Notes: generated by a model from the letters alone, not told the origin. 64,000 nucleotides of DNA from Bacteroidota bacterium (GCA_013289065.1 JABDAP010000001.1:4369-68368); one strand, 5' to 3'; counted from the stretch's first letter, positions 21,219-30,340 are shown. Translations and numbers: made by a program.

Positions 21219-21378
21219 AGGCTGCAACCAATAAATCATGGCTTGGTAGAAGCTGACGCTAGAAGCGCATCAAATTAACTTTGTATATTTATTCAGTCAC
21301 GAGCTTTCGTAATCTCAAGTTAGGCATTTGATTAACTTCTTCATTATAGAAAACTATGAACGTTAGCAGTATGCTTTC
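21219..21378 (+). repeat. Decayed attC-like junction element containing motif copy 6 (21265-21296)
   Basis: Degenerate inverted ends (AAGGCTGCAACCAATAAATCATGG / CTATGAACGTTAGCAGTATGCTTT) around GCATCAAATTAACTTTGTATATTTATTCAG. Confidence 0.55.
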
Positions 21379-21462
21379 AAGAAACTATTACTCAAACAAT
21401 TAATTACGTTCCCCTCAAGTTTTATTTTTATTTTTGTTTAAAAATTAAACCCAATTATTACA

Positions 21463-22629
21463 ATGCCAGAGCCAAGTCTACAAGAAGATGTTAATGATCC
21501 TGAAATAGAACTAGAAGAAGGAAATGAAGATATCTCTTCAGAAATACCATTTAATCCAAATGATATAAGTATCAATATAGTTCCAAGAAATATTGGTCAA
21601 CTAGTTGAAATGATGGAATATGATGAAATCTTAATACCAAAATTCCAAAGATTACCAAATTTGTGGAGCATCAAAAAGAAAAGTCGTTTTATCGAATCTT
21701 TAATGCTCAATTTACCTATTCCACTATTTTATTTTGATGAAGGTGACGATAAAAAATGGCGTGTTATTGATGGTCTCCAAAGAATAAGCACTTTGGAACA
21801 TTTTATTTTATTGGATAAGAAAAAAAAAGTGAACCTAAGTGGAAATACAGAACCCTTTAGGTTGCAAGATTTAGAATTTAGAACAGAATTTAATGGAAGG
21901 TTATGGAATGAATTACCAAAAGATATCCAAAGAAGAATCTCTACAAATCAAGTAACCATTAATTTAATAGGTAAAGGCACGCCAGAGCAAGTAAAATATA
22001 ATATTTTTAGCAGAATTAACCAAGGTGGTATAGAACTGGATGCTCAAGAAATAAGAACTGCATTATTTCAAGGATATTGGATTGATTTTTTGGAAGAATT
22101 GGTTTCAAGTTTAACGTTAGAAGGTAAGAGTTTTTTAAAGGCAACTGATAATTCAATCCCTTCAAGGCGTCAGCAAGATTTAGATTTTGTTACCAGATTT
22201 ATTACATTCTATTTATTTGACTACAAGGAATACCAGCCAGATATGGACTCCTTTCTCACAAAGGGAACAAAAGCAATACCGTCAAACTTAAAAGCTCAAA
22301 AACAAATAAAATTAGATTTCAAAAACTCTATGGATCTGGCATATGAAATCTTTGACAATGATGCTTTTAGGAAAAGGCTTAGCAATTTTGATAAGAGAAA
22401 GCCGATAAACAAGTCATTATTTGAAATAATAAGTACAATTTTCTCTAAATTAAATGAATCACAAAGAAATAAATTATGTAAAAACAAAGAATTATTTCTA
22501 GAAGAATTTAGAATACTACAAAATTCAAAAAAGTTTTTAGAATCAATTTCTACGAGTACAGCGTCCAAGGAAAAAGTACGTCAGAGACAAGAAGATTTTC
22601 AAGCATTGGTTAATAAATATTCAAAATGA
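21463..22629 (+). CDS. DUF262 (ParB-like) protein, Menshen NsnA-like
   Basis: IPKFQR..LW, SRFIESLMLNLPIP, VIDGLQRISTL, IFSRINQGG..L..QEIR; AT-rich. Confidence 0.9.
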   Translation: MPEPSLQEDVNDPEIELEEGNEDISSEIPFNPNDISINIVPRNIGQLVEMMEYDEILIPKFQRLPNLWSIKKKSRFIESLMLNLPIPLFYFDEGDDKKWRVIDGLQRISTLEHFILLDKKKKVNLSGNTEPFRLQDLEFRTEFNGRLWNELPKDIQRRISTNQVTINLIGKGTPEQVKYNIFSRINQGGIELDAQEIRTALFQGYWIDFLEELVSSLTLEGKSFLKATDNSIPSRRQQDLDFVTRFITFYLFDYKEYQPDMDSFLTKGTKAIPSNLKAQKQIKLDFKNSMDLAYEIFDNDAFRKRLSNFDKRKPINKSLFEIISTIFSKLNESQRNKLCKNKELFLEEFRILQNSKKFLESISTSTASKEKVRQRQEDFQALVNKYSK

Positions 22630-23774
22630 TTAGATATTTAAGACTTAAAAATTTTAAATCGCATAAAGACACAGTTCTGGAGATATCGAACCTGACGGTT
22701 CTTTGTGGAGCTAATGCGGTAGGCAAATCATCAGCCATTCAAGCTCTCTTACTTTTAAGAGAATCATTTCTAGCAAACTCCAATTTTGATTATTTAGATT
22801 TAAAAAGCAACCCAATAAATATAGGTACTGCTCAGGATGCAATATATCAGTTTGCAGAAAAAAACGAAGTAGGTTTTGAGATTAAAACCGACGATCTTGA
22901 ATTAGCATATTCATTTGAATCTAAAGATTCTGAACTATCCAAAACTTTAATGAATAGACCCGAAAATGTTATTCATTACTCTAACAAAGAGGTTCTCAAA
23001 AAAGAAAATCTTTTTAATAAATATTGTCAATTCATTAGTGCAGCCCGATTAGGGCCTCAACCTTACTACCCAAAAGATGATGTTGTTGTCGATATATATA
23101 ATCAAATCTCAGTTTTAGAGGGTAAAGCTGAGCATTTCATTCATTTTCTAATGCAACACAAAGATCTAATAGTCTCGAAAGACTTGGTTAATCCGAATAT
23201 AGAAGCAAATGATTTATTTTATCAAACAACTGCTTGGGAAAGGGAAATAAGTAATGGAGTCAACATTTTAGTTGAGGATTTAGGTACTCTTGGATACGAA
23301 TTGAAATATCAATTTAACACAGGATCAAAAGAAGGCAAAACTGGTTCTTATAAATCAAACAACGTGGGATTCGGCCTTTCTTATATTATGCCTATGATAG
23401 TTGCAATTTTATCTTCTCCTCCCCACATGGGTTTATTATTACTCGAGAATCCTGAAGCACACATACATCCAAACGGTCAAGGAAAAATCGCTGAGTTAAT
23501 TTGCCTAGCAGCTCAATCTGGAGTTCAAATAATTGTTGAAACACATAGCGATCACATAATTAATGGTATTTTAGTTCAAGCTAAAAGATTTGAAGAAACT
23601 GGAAAAGGCATTTCAAAAGACAATATCGCTATGTATCACTTTGCTAGAAACATAAAACAACATTCTAGCGAAGCCATAAGAATTAATATCGAAGATGGAG
23701 GGAGAATAAGATATACACCTAATGGCTTTTTTGATCAATTTTCAATAGACAGAAAATTTTTAATGGGTTTCTAA
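22626..23774 (+). CDS. ABC/AAA ATPase with DUF3696-like C-terminus, Menshen NsnB-like
   Basis: LKNFKS, Walker A GANAVGKS, signature NVGFGLS, Walker B LLENPEAHIHP, VETHSDH, terminal PNGFFDQ; ATGA overlap with upstream gene. Confidence 0.9.
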   Translation: MIRYLRLKNFKSHKDTVLEISNLTVLCGANAVGKSSAIQALLLLRESFLANSNFDYLDLKSNPINIGTAQDAIYQFAEKNEVGFEIKTDDLELAYSFESKDSELSKTLMNRPENVIHYSNKEVLKKENLFNKYCQFISAARLGPQPYYPKDDVVVDIYNQISVLEGKAEHFIHFLMQHKDLIVSKDLVNPNIEANDLFYQTTAWEREISNGVNILVEDLGTLGYELKYQFNTGSKEGKTGSYKSNNVGFGLSYIMPMIVAILSSPPHMGLLLLENPEAHIHPNGQGKIAELICLAAQSGVQIIVETHSDHIINGILVQAKRFEETGKGISKDNIAMYHFARNIKQHSSEAIRINIEDGGRIRYTPNGFFDQFSIDRKFLMGF

Positions 23775-24550
23775 TGTTACAAAGTCTCGATATATATATC
23801 GATTTTCAATGGGATGACTATGCAAATAATCCGCTGAACTATTTTTACAGCTTAAATAGTGTAATAACTTTAGCATACCAACATCATCTGAATGTTTATT
23901 ATTCTCCAACGCAATTAGATGATTTTAAAAATAATTGCAATGACTGGGAAGAAAATTTTATAGTTTCAAAATCAAATTTTATAGCATCCATTTTAGAAGA
24001 TGCATTACCGGTAAACCCATCATCCTATTTTTTTACTGTAGTATTTAGTGAACTTAATACTACAATAATTCCAGATGTAAATCCAATAATTAACGCATTT
24101 AAAAAAAATACAAACAATTCTTTAATCTCAATTTTTGAAAACCAAGGTCAGAAAACACTATTAAAGGTCAACTCTGCGAATGATTTTGAAAAAGTAATTT
24201 ATACTCTCGTAACTACCCCACAAGAGATACTTAATTGGATATGGCAAAACGGAGAGGTTCGCAATTTTAATCTTTCACCAAAACACGGTGAAAATGGCAT
24301 AGGCCATTGGACAGGAGAATCTTCATTGTTATGCAATAGAGAACGGGCACAAGAACTATTAAATATATCTATACCTGATTTTAGAGAAAAGAATAGACTT
24401 TTCGTGTTTGATGAGCGTTTTAATACATTTCTTGAATTTTTTTTTGAAGGCGATAATCCTCAGAAACAATGGCATGGATTTCATCTTGAAGAAAAAGATT
24501 GGCAACAAAGAGTTCCAAAAAGTATTAGAACTTTTTATGGGAAGAACTAA
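23774..24550 (+). CDS. Putative defence effector (NsnC position), possible C-terminal nuclease
   Basis: TAATG overlap; C-terminal SPKHGENG...AQELL...FD...EF...WHGFH pattern. Confidence 0.65.
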   Translation: MLQSLDIYIDFQWDDYANNPLNYFYSLNSVITLAYQHHLNVYYSPTQLDDFKNNCNDWEENFIVSKSNFIASILEDALPVNPSSYFFTVVFSELNTTIIPDVNPIINAFKKNTNNSLISIFENQGQKTLLKVNSANDFEKVIYTLVTTPQEILNWIWQNGEVRNFNLSPKHGENGIGHWTGESSLLCNRERAQELLNISIPDFREKNRLFVFDERFNTFLEFFFEGDNPQKQWHGFHLEEKDWQQRVPKSIRTFYGKN

Positions 24551-24745
24551 TAATAAATTGGTTCAATTGGGAGGACAGTTGCAATGTAAGCTTTCGTCCT
24601 CCACTCTATCAGTTGCTGTTAAACAATACAAAAGCTTTTCCAGCCTAATAATTTTCTTCTCACAATCGCATGTGATCAAAAAAAATATTTCATCAAAGCA
24701 ACCTTTCCTCTAAAATCCCGTTCAGTGTGAGTATAAATTATTTCA

Positions 24746-25156
24746 ATGAAAAAATATGCTATTCTCACTGTTTTGGTTCTGGCCATCATGGTAACTGTAA
24801 CATCGTGCACAAAAAGTTCATCATCCCCGGTTGTATATCCTGAAAGAACATTCAGGTTCGTTCTTCACACGGAAAAGGATTTTTCAGGCAATACCGAAAA
24901 CATTGTCTTTTCGCTGTTCATTCGTAAGGCAAATACAGCAAATACAGTGATCTTCGATTCAACATTGTCGCCAATGCAGATCAAAGACATTCCAAATGCT
25001 TCTAAAGAACTGGTGTTTGAAAAAAAGATCGCTGATGATGGTTCAGACCTGACTGCAGGCTTCCTGTATGCTATCCAAAATGTAGGTAACTCCTGGTACA
25101 TAGATACCTGTAAAAGCGGCGTATCGTTGAAAGTTATTGACTATTCTTTTCAATAA
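24746..25156 (+). CDS. Hypothetical lipoprotein
   Basis: MKKYAILTVLVLAIMVTVTSC lipobox. Confidence 0.78.
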   Translation: MKKYAILTVLVLAIMVTVTSCTKSSSSPVVYPERTFRFVLHTEKDFSGNTENIVFSLFIRKANTANTVIFDSTLSPMQIKDIPNASKELVFEKKIADDGSDLTAGFLYAIQNVGNSWYIDTCKSGVSLKVIDYSFQ

Positions 25157-25290
25157 CCAGATAGCAGCAGTTTTGGTTTTACACAGCTGATACTTCGCAG
25201 CAAAATATCATCTCAACTTTTGTACATTTATTGAAGCATTGACCTTTGTCAATGCTTCAGTTGTTTAAAGCATTTATCATAGCTGCAATT
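25157..25290 (+). repeat. Decayed junction element with motif copy 7 (25202-25235) and a 12-bp hairpin
   Basis: AAAATATCATCTCAACTTTTGTACATTTATTGAAG; TGAAGCATTGAC-CTTT-GTCAATGCTTCA; right end CATAGCTGCAAT. Confidence 0.55.
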
Positions 25291-25313
25291 TATTGAACAT
25301 TAAAACCATAATT

Positions 25314-25472
25314 ATGGGAGATTTATTTGCGCCCCGGCATTTATTGTTTTTTCTGTTAATTCCTGTAGGAATGCTGATCCTGTTTTATTGGCTTGGAAAA
25401 AGATCCGGTTATAAGCAAGGCCAGTTAGACATGTATAAAAAAATGGAAGAAGAACGCAGAAATAAAATTTAG
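25314..25472 (+). CDS. Small single-pass membrane protein (52 aa), absent from ORF track
   Basis: MGDLFAPRHLLFFLLIPVGMLILFYWLGKRSGYKQGQLDMYKKMEEERRNKI*; A-rich TAAAACCATAATT leader; fills the gap before the next gene. Confidence 0.7.
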   Translation: MGDLFAPRHLLFFLLIPVGMLILFYWLGKRSGYKQGQLDMYKKMEEERRNKI

Positions 25473-25489
25473 CATTAACCAGTTCACAC

Positions 25490-26056
25490 ATGAGAAACCT
25501 GATCCTGATCGCCCACACTTCGCTCGATGGTTTTGTTGCAGCGCCCAACGGAGAACTCAGCGGGTTTGTTGCCAGTGATGAAAACCTGGAATTTGTATGG
25601 AGGTTAACGGATACTGCCGATGCCGCTATGTTTGGCCGCAAGTCTTATCAATTGCTGGAAAGTTATTGGCCAACCGCTGCCGGCCGCTCCAATGCAACGA
25701 AAGCTGAGATCGGTTATTCCAACTGGTATAATGCCGCTGAAAAAATTGTTTTATCGAAAACAATGGAGAAAACGAATTCGTCAAACATCAGGATCATCAG
25801 CGATAATGTTGCCGATGAGATCGGCAGGGTCAAACAACTGCCTGGCAAGGATATACTGATCTTCGGTAGCCCCGCTGCTTTTCAAACAGTATTTGAAGCC
25901 GGTTTGGTAAACAGTTACTGGATCTTTATCAACCCGGTAATTTTTGGGGAAGGCATTCCTTTATTCAAAGCATCAAAAACCAAAGTAAATCTCAAACTCG
26001 CTGCCATCAAACAATTCGCAAATGGCGAGTTGGCGCTTCACTATATCTCAGGCTGA
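25490..26056 (+). CDS. Dihydrofolate reductase-like (RibD C-terminal) protein
   Basis: SLDGFVA, FGRKSY, GKDILIFGS, INPVIFGEGIPLF. Confidence 0.92.
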   Translation: MRNLILIAHTSLDGFVAAPNGELSGFVASDENLEFVWRLTDTADAAMFGRKSYQLLESYWPTAAGRSNATKAEIGYSNWYNAAEKIVLSKTMEKTNSSNIRIISDNVADEIGRVKQLPGKDILIFGSPAAFQTVFEAGLVNSYWIFINPVIFGEGIPLFKASKTKVNLKLAAIKQFANGELALHYISG

Positions 26057-26141
26057 AATGACCAGGATTTCGCAAAGAATTAATTTAAATTAAGCAGCAT
26101 TACCCGTTGTTTTTTGTAATTTCAAAACAAAACAATTGTGT

Positions 26142-26555
26142 ATGCGCACAGTAACCTTCCTTTCGCTGTTGCTGATCTGCTTCGCTTTCAGCAGCATGAA
26201 AAATAAAGAAACGGCCGATGGCGAATTGAACGGCAGGTGGATCCCTGTTAAACAGGAAATGGCCGGAAAGACCGTTCCTGTTGGCGCTTATGAAAAACAA
26301 GTGCTCATCATCAATGATAACAAGTATACCGTTATTGCCGAGTCAGTTGATAAAGGCGAACTTACTTACAGCAGCGGCAAAATGGATATCTATGGGAAAG
26401 AAGGCGTTAACAGTGGTAAACATTATACAGCTATTTATAAATATGATAACAGCCTGCTCACCATTTGCTACAATTTAGCAGGCACCGCTTACCCGGAAGC
26501 ATTTGAAACAAAAGGCAAACCATTGTTCTTTCTTTCTGTATTCAGAAAAGAATAG
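26142..26555 (+). CDS. TIGR03067-domain secreted protein
   Basis: LNGRWIPV..EMAG, MDIYGKEG, AIYK...LTICYNL....PEAF. Confidence 0.8.
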   Translation: MRTVTFLSLLLICFAFSSMKNKETADGELNGRWIPVKQEMAGKTVPVGAYEKQVLIINDNKYTVIAESVDKGELTYSSGKMDIYGKEGVNSGKHYTAIYKYDNSLLTICYNLAGTAYPEAFETKGKPLFFLSVFRKE

Positions 26556-26561
26556 TTTTTT

Positions 26562-27119
26562 ATGAAATCAGTTTACACCATATTCTTTCTGGCAGTAACA
26601 TTTTTTTCTTATGGGCAAATGTCTGCAAAACCGGGCCAAACTTTAAATTTAGATTCCTTCAATAAAGAAGAAGCAAAAAAAGTAACGGGAACACCTTTCC
26701 CGCATTTTATTGCAACAGATGGAGAAACAACGGTATCAAACAAAAGTTTACAAGGCAAAGTAGTGCTGATCAATTTTTGGTTTGAAGCATGCAAGCCGTG
26801 TGTTGCCGAATTTGGTGCATTGAACGAACTGTATGAAATATTAAAAGACAGAAAGGAATTTGTATTTATTTCTTTTACGCCCGATGATGCGCAGACCATC
26901 AAAAGGGTAAAAGAAAATTATCAACTCCCGTACAGAATATTTCATGTTAGCCAGGAAGAATGTTACAGGCTTAATCAGGGTGCCGGGTTCCCGCTCAGTA
27001 TCATACTTGGCAAAGATGGCAGGATCCGGTATTTCCATGGTGGCGGCCAGGCAACCAAAGAAAAAGCAAAGGAATTTGTGATGGATCAAATGCTTCCTAA
27101 GATCAAAGCTGAATTGTAA
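26562..27119 (+). CDS. TlpA-family thiol-disulfide oxidoreductase
   Basis: LQGKVVLINFWFEACKPC (CxxC), GFP cis-Pro loop, signal peptide. Confidence 0.9.
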   Translation: MKSVYTIFFLAVTFFSYGQMSAKPGQTLNLDSFNKEEAKKVTGTPFPHFIATDGETTVSNKSLQGKVVLINFWFEACKPCVAEFGALNELYEILKDRKEFVFISFTPDDAQTIKRVKENYQLPYRIFHVSQEECYRLNQGAGFPLSIILGKDGRIRYFHGGGQATKEKAKEFVMDQMLPKIKAEL

Positions 27120-27123
27120 GGTC

Positions 27124-28011
27124 ATGAAATATTTACTATTGTTTCCCTGTTTCTTTTTTTCTTTCGCCTCGTCATTTGCACAATCAAACAAACCTGTAGA
27201 TAAAATTCCCGTCCTTATCCGTTGCGATGATATTGGTATGTGCCATGCGGTGAATGTTGCCGCGAAAGAAGTTTTGGAAACAGGAATGCCTGTATCGATG
27301 TCTGTGATGGTTGCCTGCCCCTGGTTTACAGAAGCTGTAGAATTGCTGAAAAAATATTCAAACGTTTCTGTCGGTGTTCATCTTACCTTAAATGCAGAAT
27401 GGAAACAGTACCGCTGGGGGCCGGTAGCAGGTTCGCAGGCCGTACCATCGCTGGTTGATTCGTTTGGAAATTTTTTTCCGTCACGCGCACTACTTTTCGG
27501 CAACAACCCGAAACTAAGCGAGATCGAAACAGAGTTACGGGCACAGATCGAAAAAGCATTGCATACAGGATTGAAGATCGATTATATCGACTACCATATG
27601 GGCGCTCCTGTTCAAACATTGGAAACAAGGGCCATCATTGAAAAACTTGCCGCACAATACAAGCTTGCTGTGTCGAGATATTATGATGAGGTTGATGTGG
27701 AAGGCTGGTACTTCACTCCGCCCGCTGAGAAAAAAGATTCGATGCTCACAAAACTTCGTGCATTGAAACCGGGCGGAACAAAATTATTTGTTATCCATGT
27801 TGGGCTGGATACGCCGGAAATGAATGCACTCGAAGATCTCAATCCCTTCGGGCCAAAAGAAATGAGTAAACACCGCAATGCAGAATTCCGCTCGCTTGTT
27901 TCGCCGCAGTTCCAGCAACTTCTTCACGATCCAAAATACCGCCTCGTTACTTATCATATGCTGAATGAAGAAAAAGGGCTGAATACGATGAGAAGGCCTG
28001 TTTTGAATTGA
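27124..28011 (+). CDS. ChbG/HpnK (YdjC) family carbohydrate deacetylase
   Basis: RCDDIG, VGVHLTLNAEW, ELRAQI, IDYHMG, IHVG. Confidence 0.9.
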   Translation: MKYLLLFPCFFFSFASSFAQSNKPVDKIPVLIRCDDIGMCHAVNVAAKEVLETGMPVSMSVMVACPWFTEAVELLKKYSNVSVGVHLTLNAEWKQYRWGPVAGSQAVPSLVDSFGNFFPSRALLFGNNPKLSEIETELRAQIEKALHTGLKIDYIDYHMGAPVQTLETRAIIEKLAAQYKLAVSRYYDEVDVEGWYFTPPAEKKDSMLTKLRALKPGGTKLFVIHVGLDTPEMNALEDLNPFGPKEMSKHRNAEFRSLVSPQFQQLLHDPKYRLVTYHMLNEEKGLNTMRRPVLN

Positions 28012-28195
28012 GATTGTGTATAGTTTAAAATTTTTGCCTTTAGCCCTGAGCCTTTGACCTTGGTTATTGCTTTTTGTAATATCAAAGATGTAAATAACAA
28101 AAGTTGATCTCTCTGCAAAAAACATTATTCCTCCTGCGAAGGTTTTTATGCCTTGCATGCGTCTAACCGGTTTTAAACACTTAATACCAACGGCC

Positions 28196-28993
28196 ATGCT
28201 TAAAAGAAACTTCCTGGCGCTGCGAATACCAGTAGTTGCAGTGATTGCTTCATTGCTCTTTATTAACTGCAGCAAAAGCAGCGATACCGGAACCACAACC
28301 ACTACTACCACCACAGTTACTGCCGGCAGTGTAGATATCACTTCGGTGGTGCAATCAAAATTCTTAACCAGTTATGTAACCATCACCACCAATGGCGGCA
28401 ACATCATATTAAAAAGCGATGGCAGGCCCAATAACCACAAATCGCCGTATTGGGGTGTGGGGAATGCATTGTATGAACCGTTTCCTGCCGGACATTCAAC
28501 CAATCCGAACGGAACCATTGGTGTGCAGAATTATACGATGACAATTCCTGCTGCGCCAAATGGAGCAGGCACACACGAAGCAACGGATCTTGGCCCGATA
28601 GGCATGGCGTTAAATGGCGTAGCTATTTTTAATAACAATGAAGCGGGTGGCGTGCCTATTGATGCAGGTATCATTTCATCGCTCGATGGCGCCGGTGCAC
28701 ATCCTGCACAACAGGCGAACTATCATTATCATATTACCGGAACCTATACAACCCTGGATGATGCAAACCTCGTTGGGTTTTTAAGAGATGGTTTTCCAAT
28801 CTATGGAAGAAGAGATAAAGACGGCACTTACCCAACCAATCTTGATGCATACAACGGGCATGTTTCAGCAACAACTGAATTTCCGGCAGGCATTTATCAT
28901 TACCATACCAGGAATGAAAACTATCTGAACACCGGTTATTATATTTTAAAATCCGGCAGTTACTACGGAACAAAGGGAACATTTGTTTATTAA
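28196..28993 (+). CDS. YHYH-domain lipoprotein
   Basis: Lipobox FINC, poly-Thr linker, GPIGMALNGV, AH..YHYH, GFLRDGFPIYG, LDAYNGH...YHYH. Confidence 0.92.
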   Translation: MLKRNFLALRIPVVAVIASLLFINCSKSSDTGTTTTTTTTVTAGSVDITSVVQSKFLTSYVTITTNGGNIILKSDGRPNNHKSPYWGVGNALYEPFPAGHSTNPNGTIGVQNYTMTIPAAPNGAGTHEATDLGPIGMALNGVAIFNNNEAGGVPIDAGIISSLDGAGAHPAQQANYHYHITGTYTTLDDANLVGFLRDGFPIYGRRDKDGTYPTNLDAYNGHVSATTEFPAGIYHYHTRNENYLNTGYYILKSGSYYGTKGTFVY

Positions 28994-29003
28994 CCATTGT
29001 GTG

Positions 29004-29639
29004 ATGCACAAGAGCAGAAATTTTTATACACTCATTGCAAAGTTGATCTGCGCTGTTGTCTTTTTCAACAGTTGCCGGAATGAGTATGCGGATATAAAAC
29101 CCGTTATCACACACAAAGATCTTTGGGTGGATACAAGTGTGATACCGAAAGATACCGTGGCAGCCGATGTTATATATGAGAACGGCAACGGAATCTTTAT
29201 GCTGGGCGATAAAAAATTTTCAGGTTATATCAAAACAGTTTATCCCGATAAAAAAATAAACAGCTGCACATCGGTATACGATGGAATGATGCATGGTATC
29301 TATCGCAGTTATTATGAAAACGGGCAGCTGCATGAAATACGCCAGTATAAAGAAAACCTCAGCACCGGCCGCCATTATGGTTTTTGGAAAAACGGGAACA
29401 AACAATTCGATTACCTCTATTACCGCGATAAAAAAGTTGGTTTCATGAACCGCTGGTATGAAGATGGTAAACCATACATGTTCCTGAATTATGCGGATGA
29501 TAAAGAAGAAGGCGTACAACGCGGATGGCGTACAAATGGAAAATTATTTATCAATTATATAGCGAAAGACGGTTTCAAATACGGGTTACAGGAAACCATG
29601 CTTTGCTATAAACTCGATGCCGGTAAAATCGTAAACTGA
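29004..29639 (+). CDS. MORN-variant repeat (YwqK-like) lipoprotein
   Basis: Lipobox FNSC; repeats YYENGQL, FWKNGNK, WYEDGKP, WRTNGKL. Confidence 0.82.
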   Translation: MHKSRNFYTLIAKLICAVVFFNSCRNEYADIKPVITHKDLWVDTSVIPKDTVAADVIYENGNGIFMLGDKKFSGYIKTVYPDKKINSCTSVYDGMMHGIYRSYYENGQLHEIRQYKENLSTGRHYGFWKNGNKQFDYLYYRDKKVGFMNRWYEDGKPYMFLNYADDKEEGVQRGWRTNGKLFINYIAKDGFKYGLQETMLCYKLDAGKIVN

Positions 29640-30262
29640 TGAAACAATTATGCACCTTATTCATGGCAATTGTTTTTCTCGTTTCCTGCAAACAGGAAGC
29701 AAGAAAACTTCCGTATTACAATACCGCCAGCTTTACGCCACAGTTTTTAAATAAGGTGCCGGCCGGCTATCACCAGATCAAATCGTTTGCCTTAACAACA
29801 CAGGCCAACAGCATATTCACAGAAAAAAATATGGATGGCAAGATCAGTGTGGTGAATTTTTTCTTTACTTCCTGCCCCGGTATCTGCCCTCGCATGGCCA
29901 TTAATATGAAAGCATTGCAGGACACGTTTATCAACGACAATACCATCCGGCTTTTATCACACAGTGTGATGCCTGAAAAAGATAATGTGGAAGCGTTGGT
30001 AAAATATGCCGCTGCAAAAAAAGTAGACAGCCGCCGCTGGTTCTTACTCACCGGCAATAAAGCAGAGATCTATAACCTTGGCCGCAGGTACTATTTTGCA
30101 GAAGAAGACCTTGGCCAGAACCGCGATACATCAGAATTCCTGCATACTGAAAATTTTGTCCTGGTAGACAAACAGCGCCACCTGCGTGGTATTTACAATG
30201 GTTTGAATGTTGCGTCTGTAAACGACCTGATCAAAGATATACGCGAGCTGGAAAAAGAATAA
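29639..30262 (+). CDS. SCO1/SenC copper chaperone lipoprotein
   Basis: FFFTSCPGICP (CxxxC), WFLLTG, FLHTENFVLVD, RGIYNG. Confidence 0.93.
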   Translation: MKQLCTLFMAIVFLVSCKQEARKLPYYNTASFTPQFLNKVPAGYHQIKSFALTTQANSIFTEKNMDGKISVVNFFFTSCPGICPRMAINMKALQDTFINDNTIRLLSHSVMPEKDNVEALVKYAAAKKVDSRRWFLLTGNKAEIYNLGRRYYFAEEDLGQNRDTSEFLHTENFVLVDKQRHLRGIYNGLNVASVNDLIKDIRELEKE

Positions 30263-30280
30263 ATATTTTTGTATCAATTC

Positions 30281-30340
30281 TGCCACAGAATTCACAGAAT
30301 AGCACAGAAAAATCTGTGCCTGTCTGTGAATTCTGTGGCA
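30281..30340. repeat. Palindromic REP-like element (CACAGA family)
   Basis: TGCCACAGAATTCACAGA...TCTGTGAATTCTGTGGCA. Confidence 0.85.

Noticed and set aside
13641-25235. Junction motif as a CRISPR array
   Set aside because: Copies are degenerate and separated by whole genes (0.6-4 kb), not ~35-nt spacers; no cas genes are present.
27784-28341. 185-aa minus-strand ORF with poly-Val, and similar antisense ORFs (e.g. 42019-42651, 35855-36349)
   Set aside because: These are shadows of well-supported plus-strand genes; the poly-Val mirrors the YHYH poly-Thr linker.
29004-29639. Toxin-antitoxin system suggested by the YwqK-like family name
   Set aside because: There is no adjacent toxin; the protein is a lipoprotein coupled to SCO.
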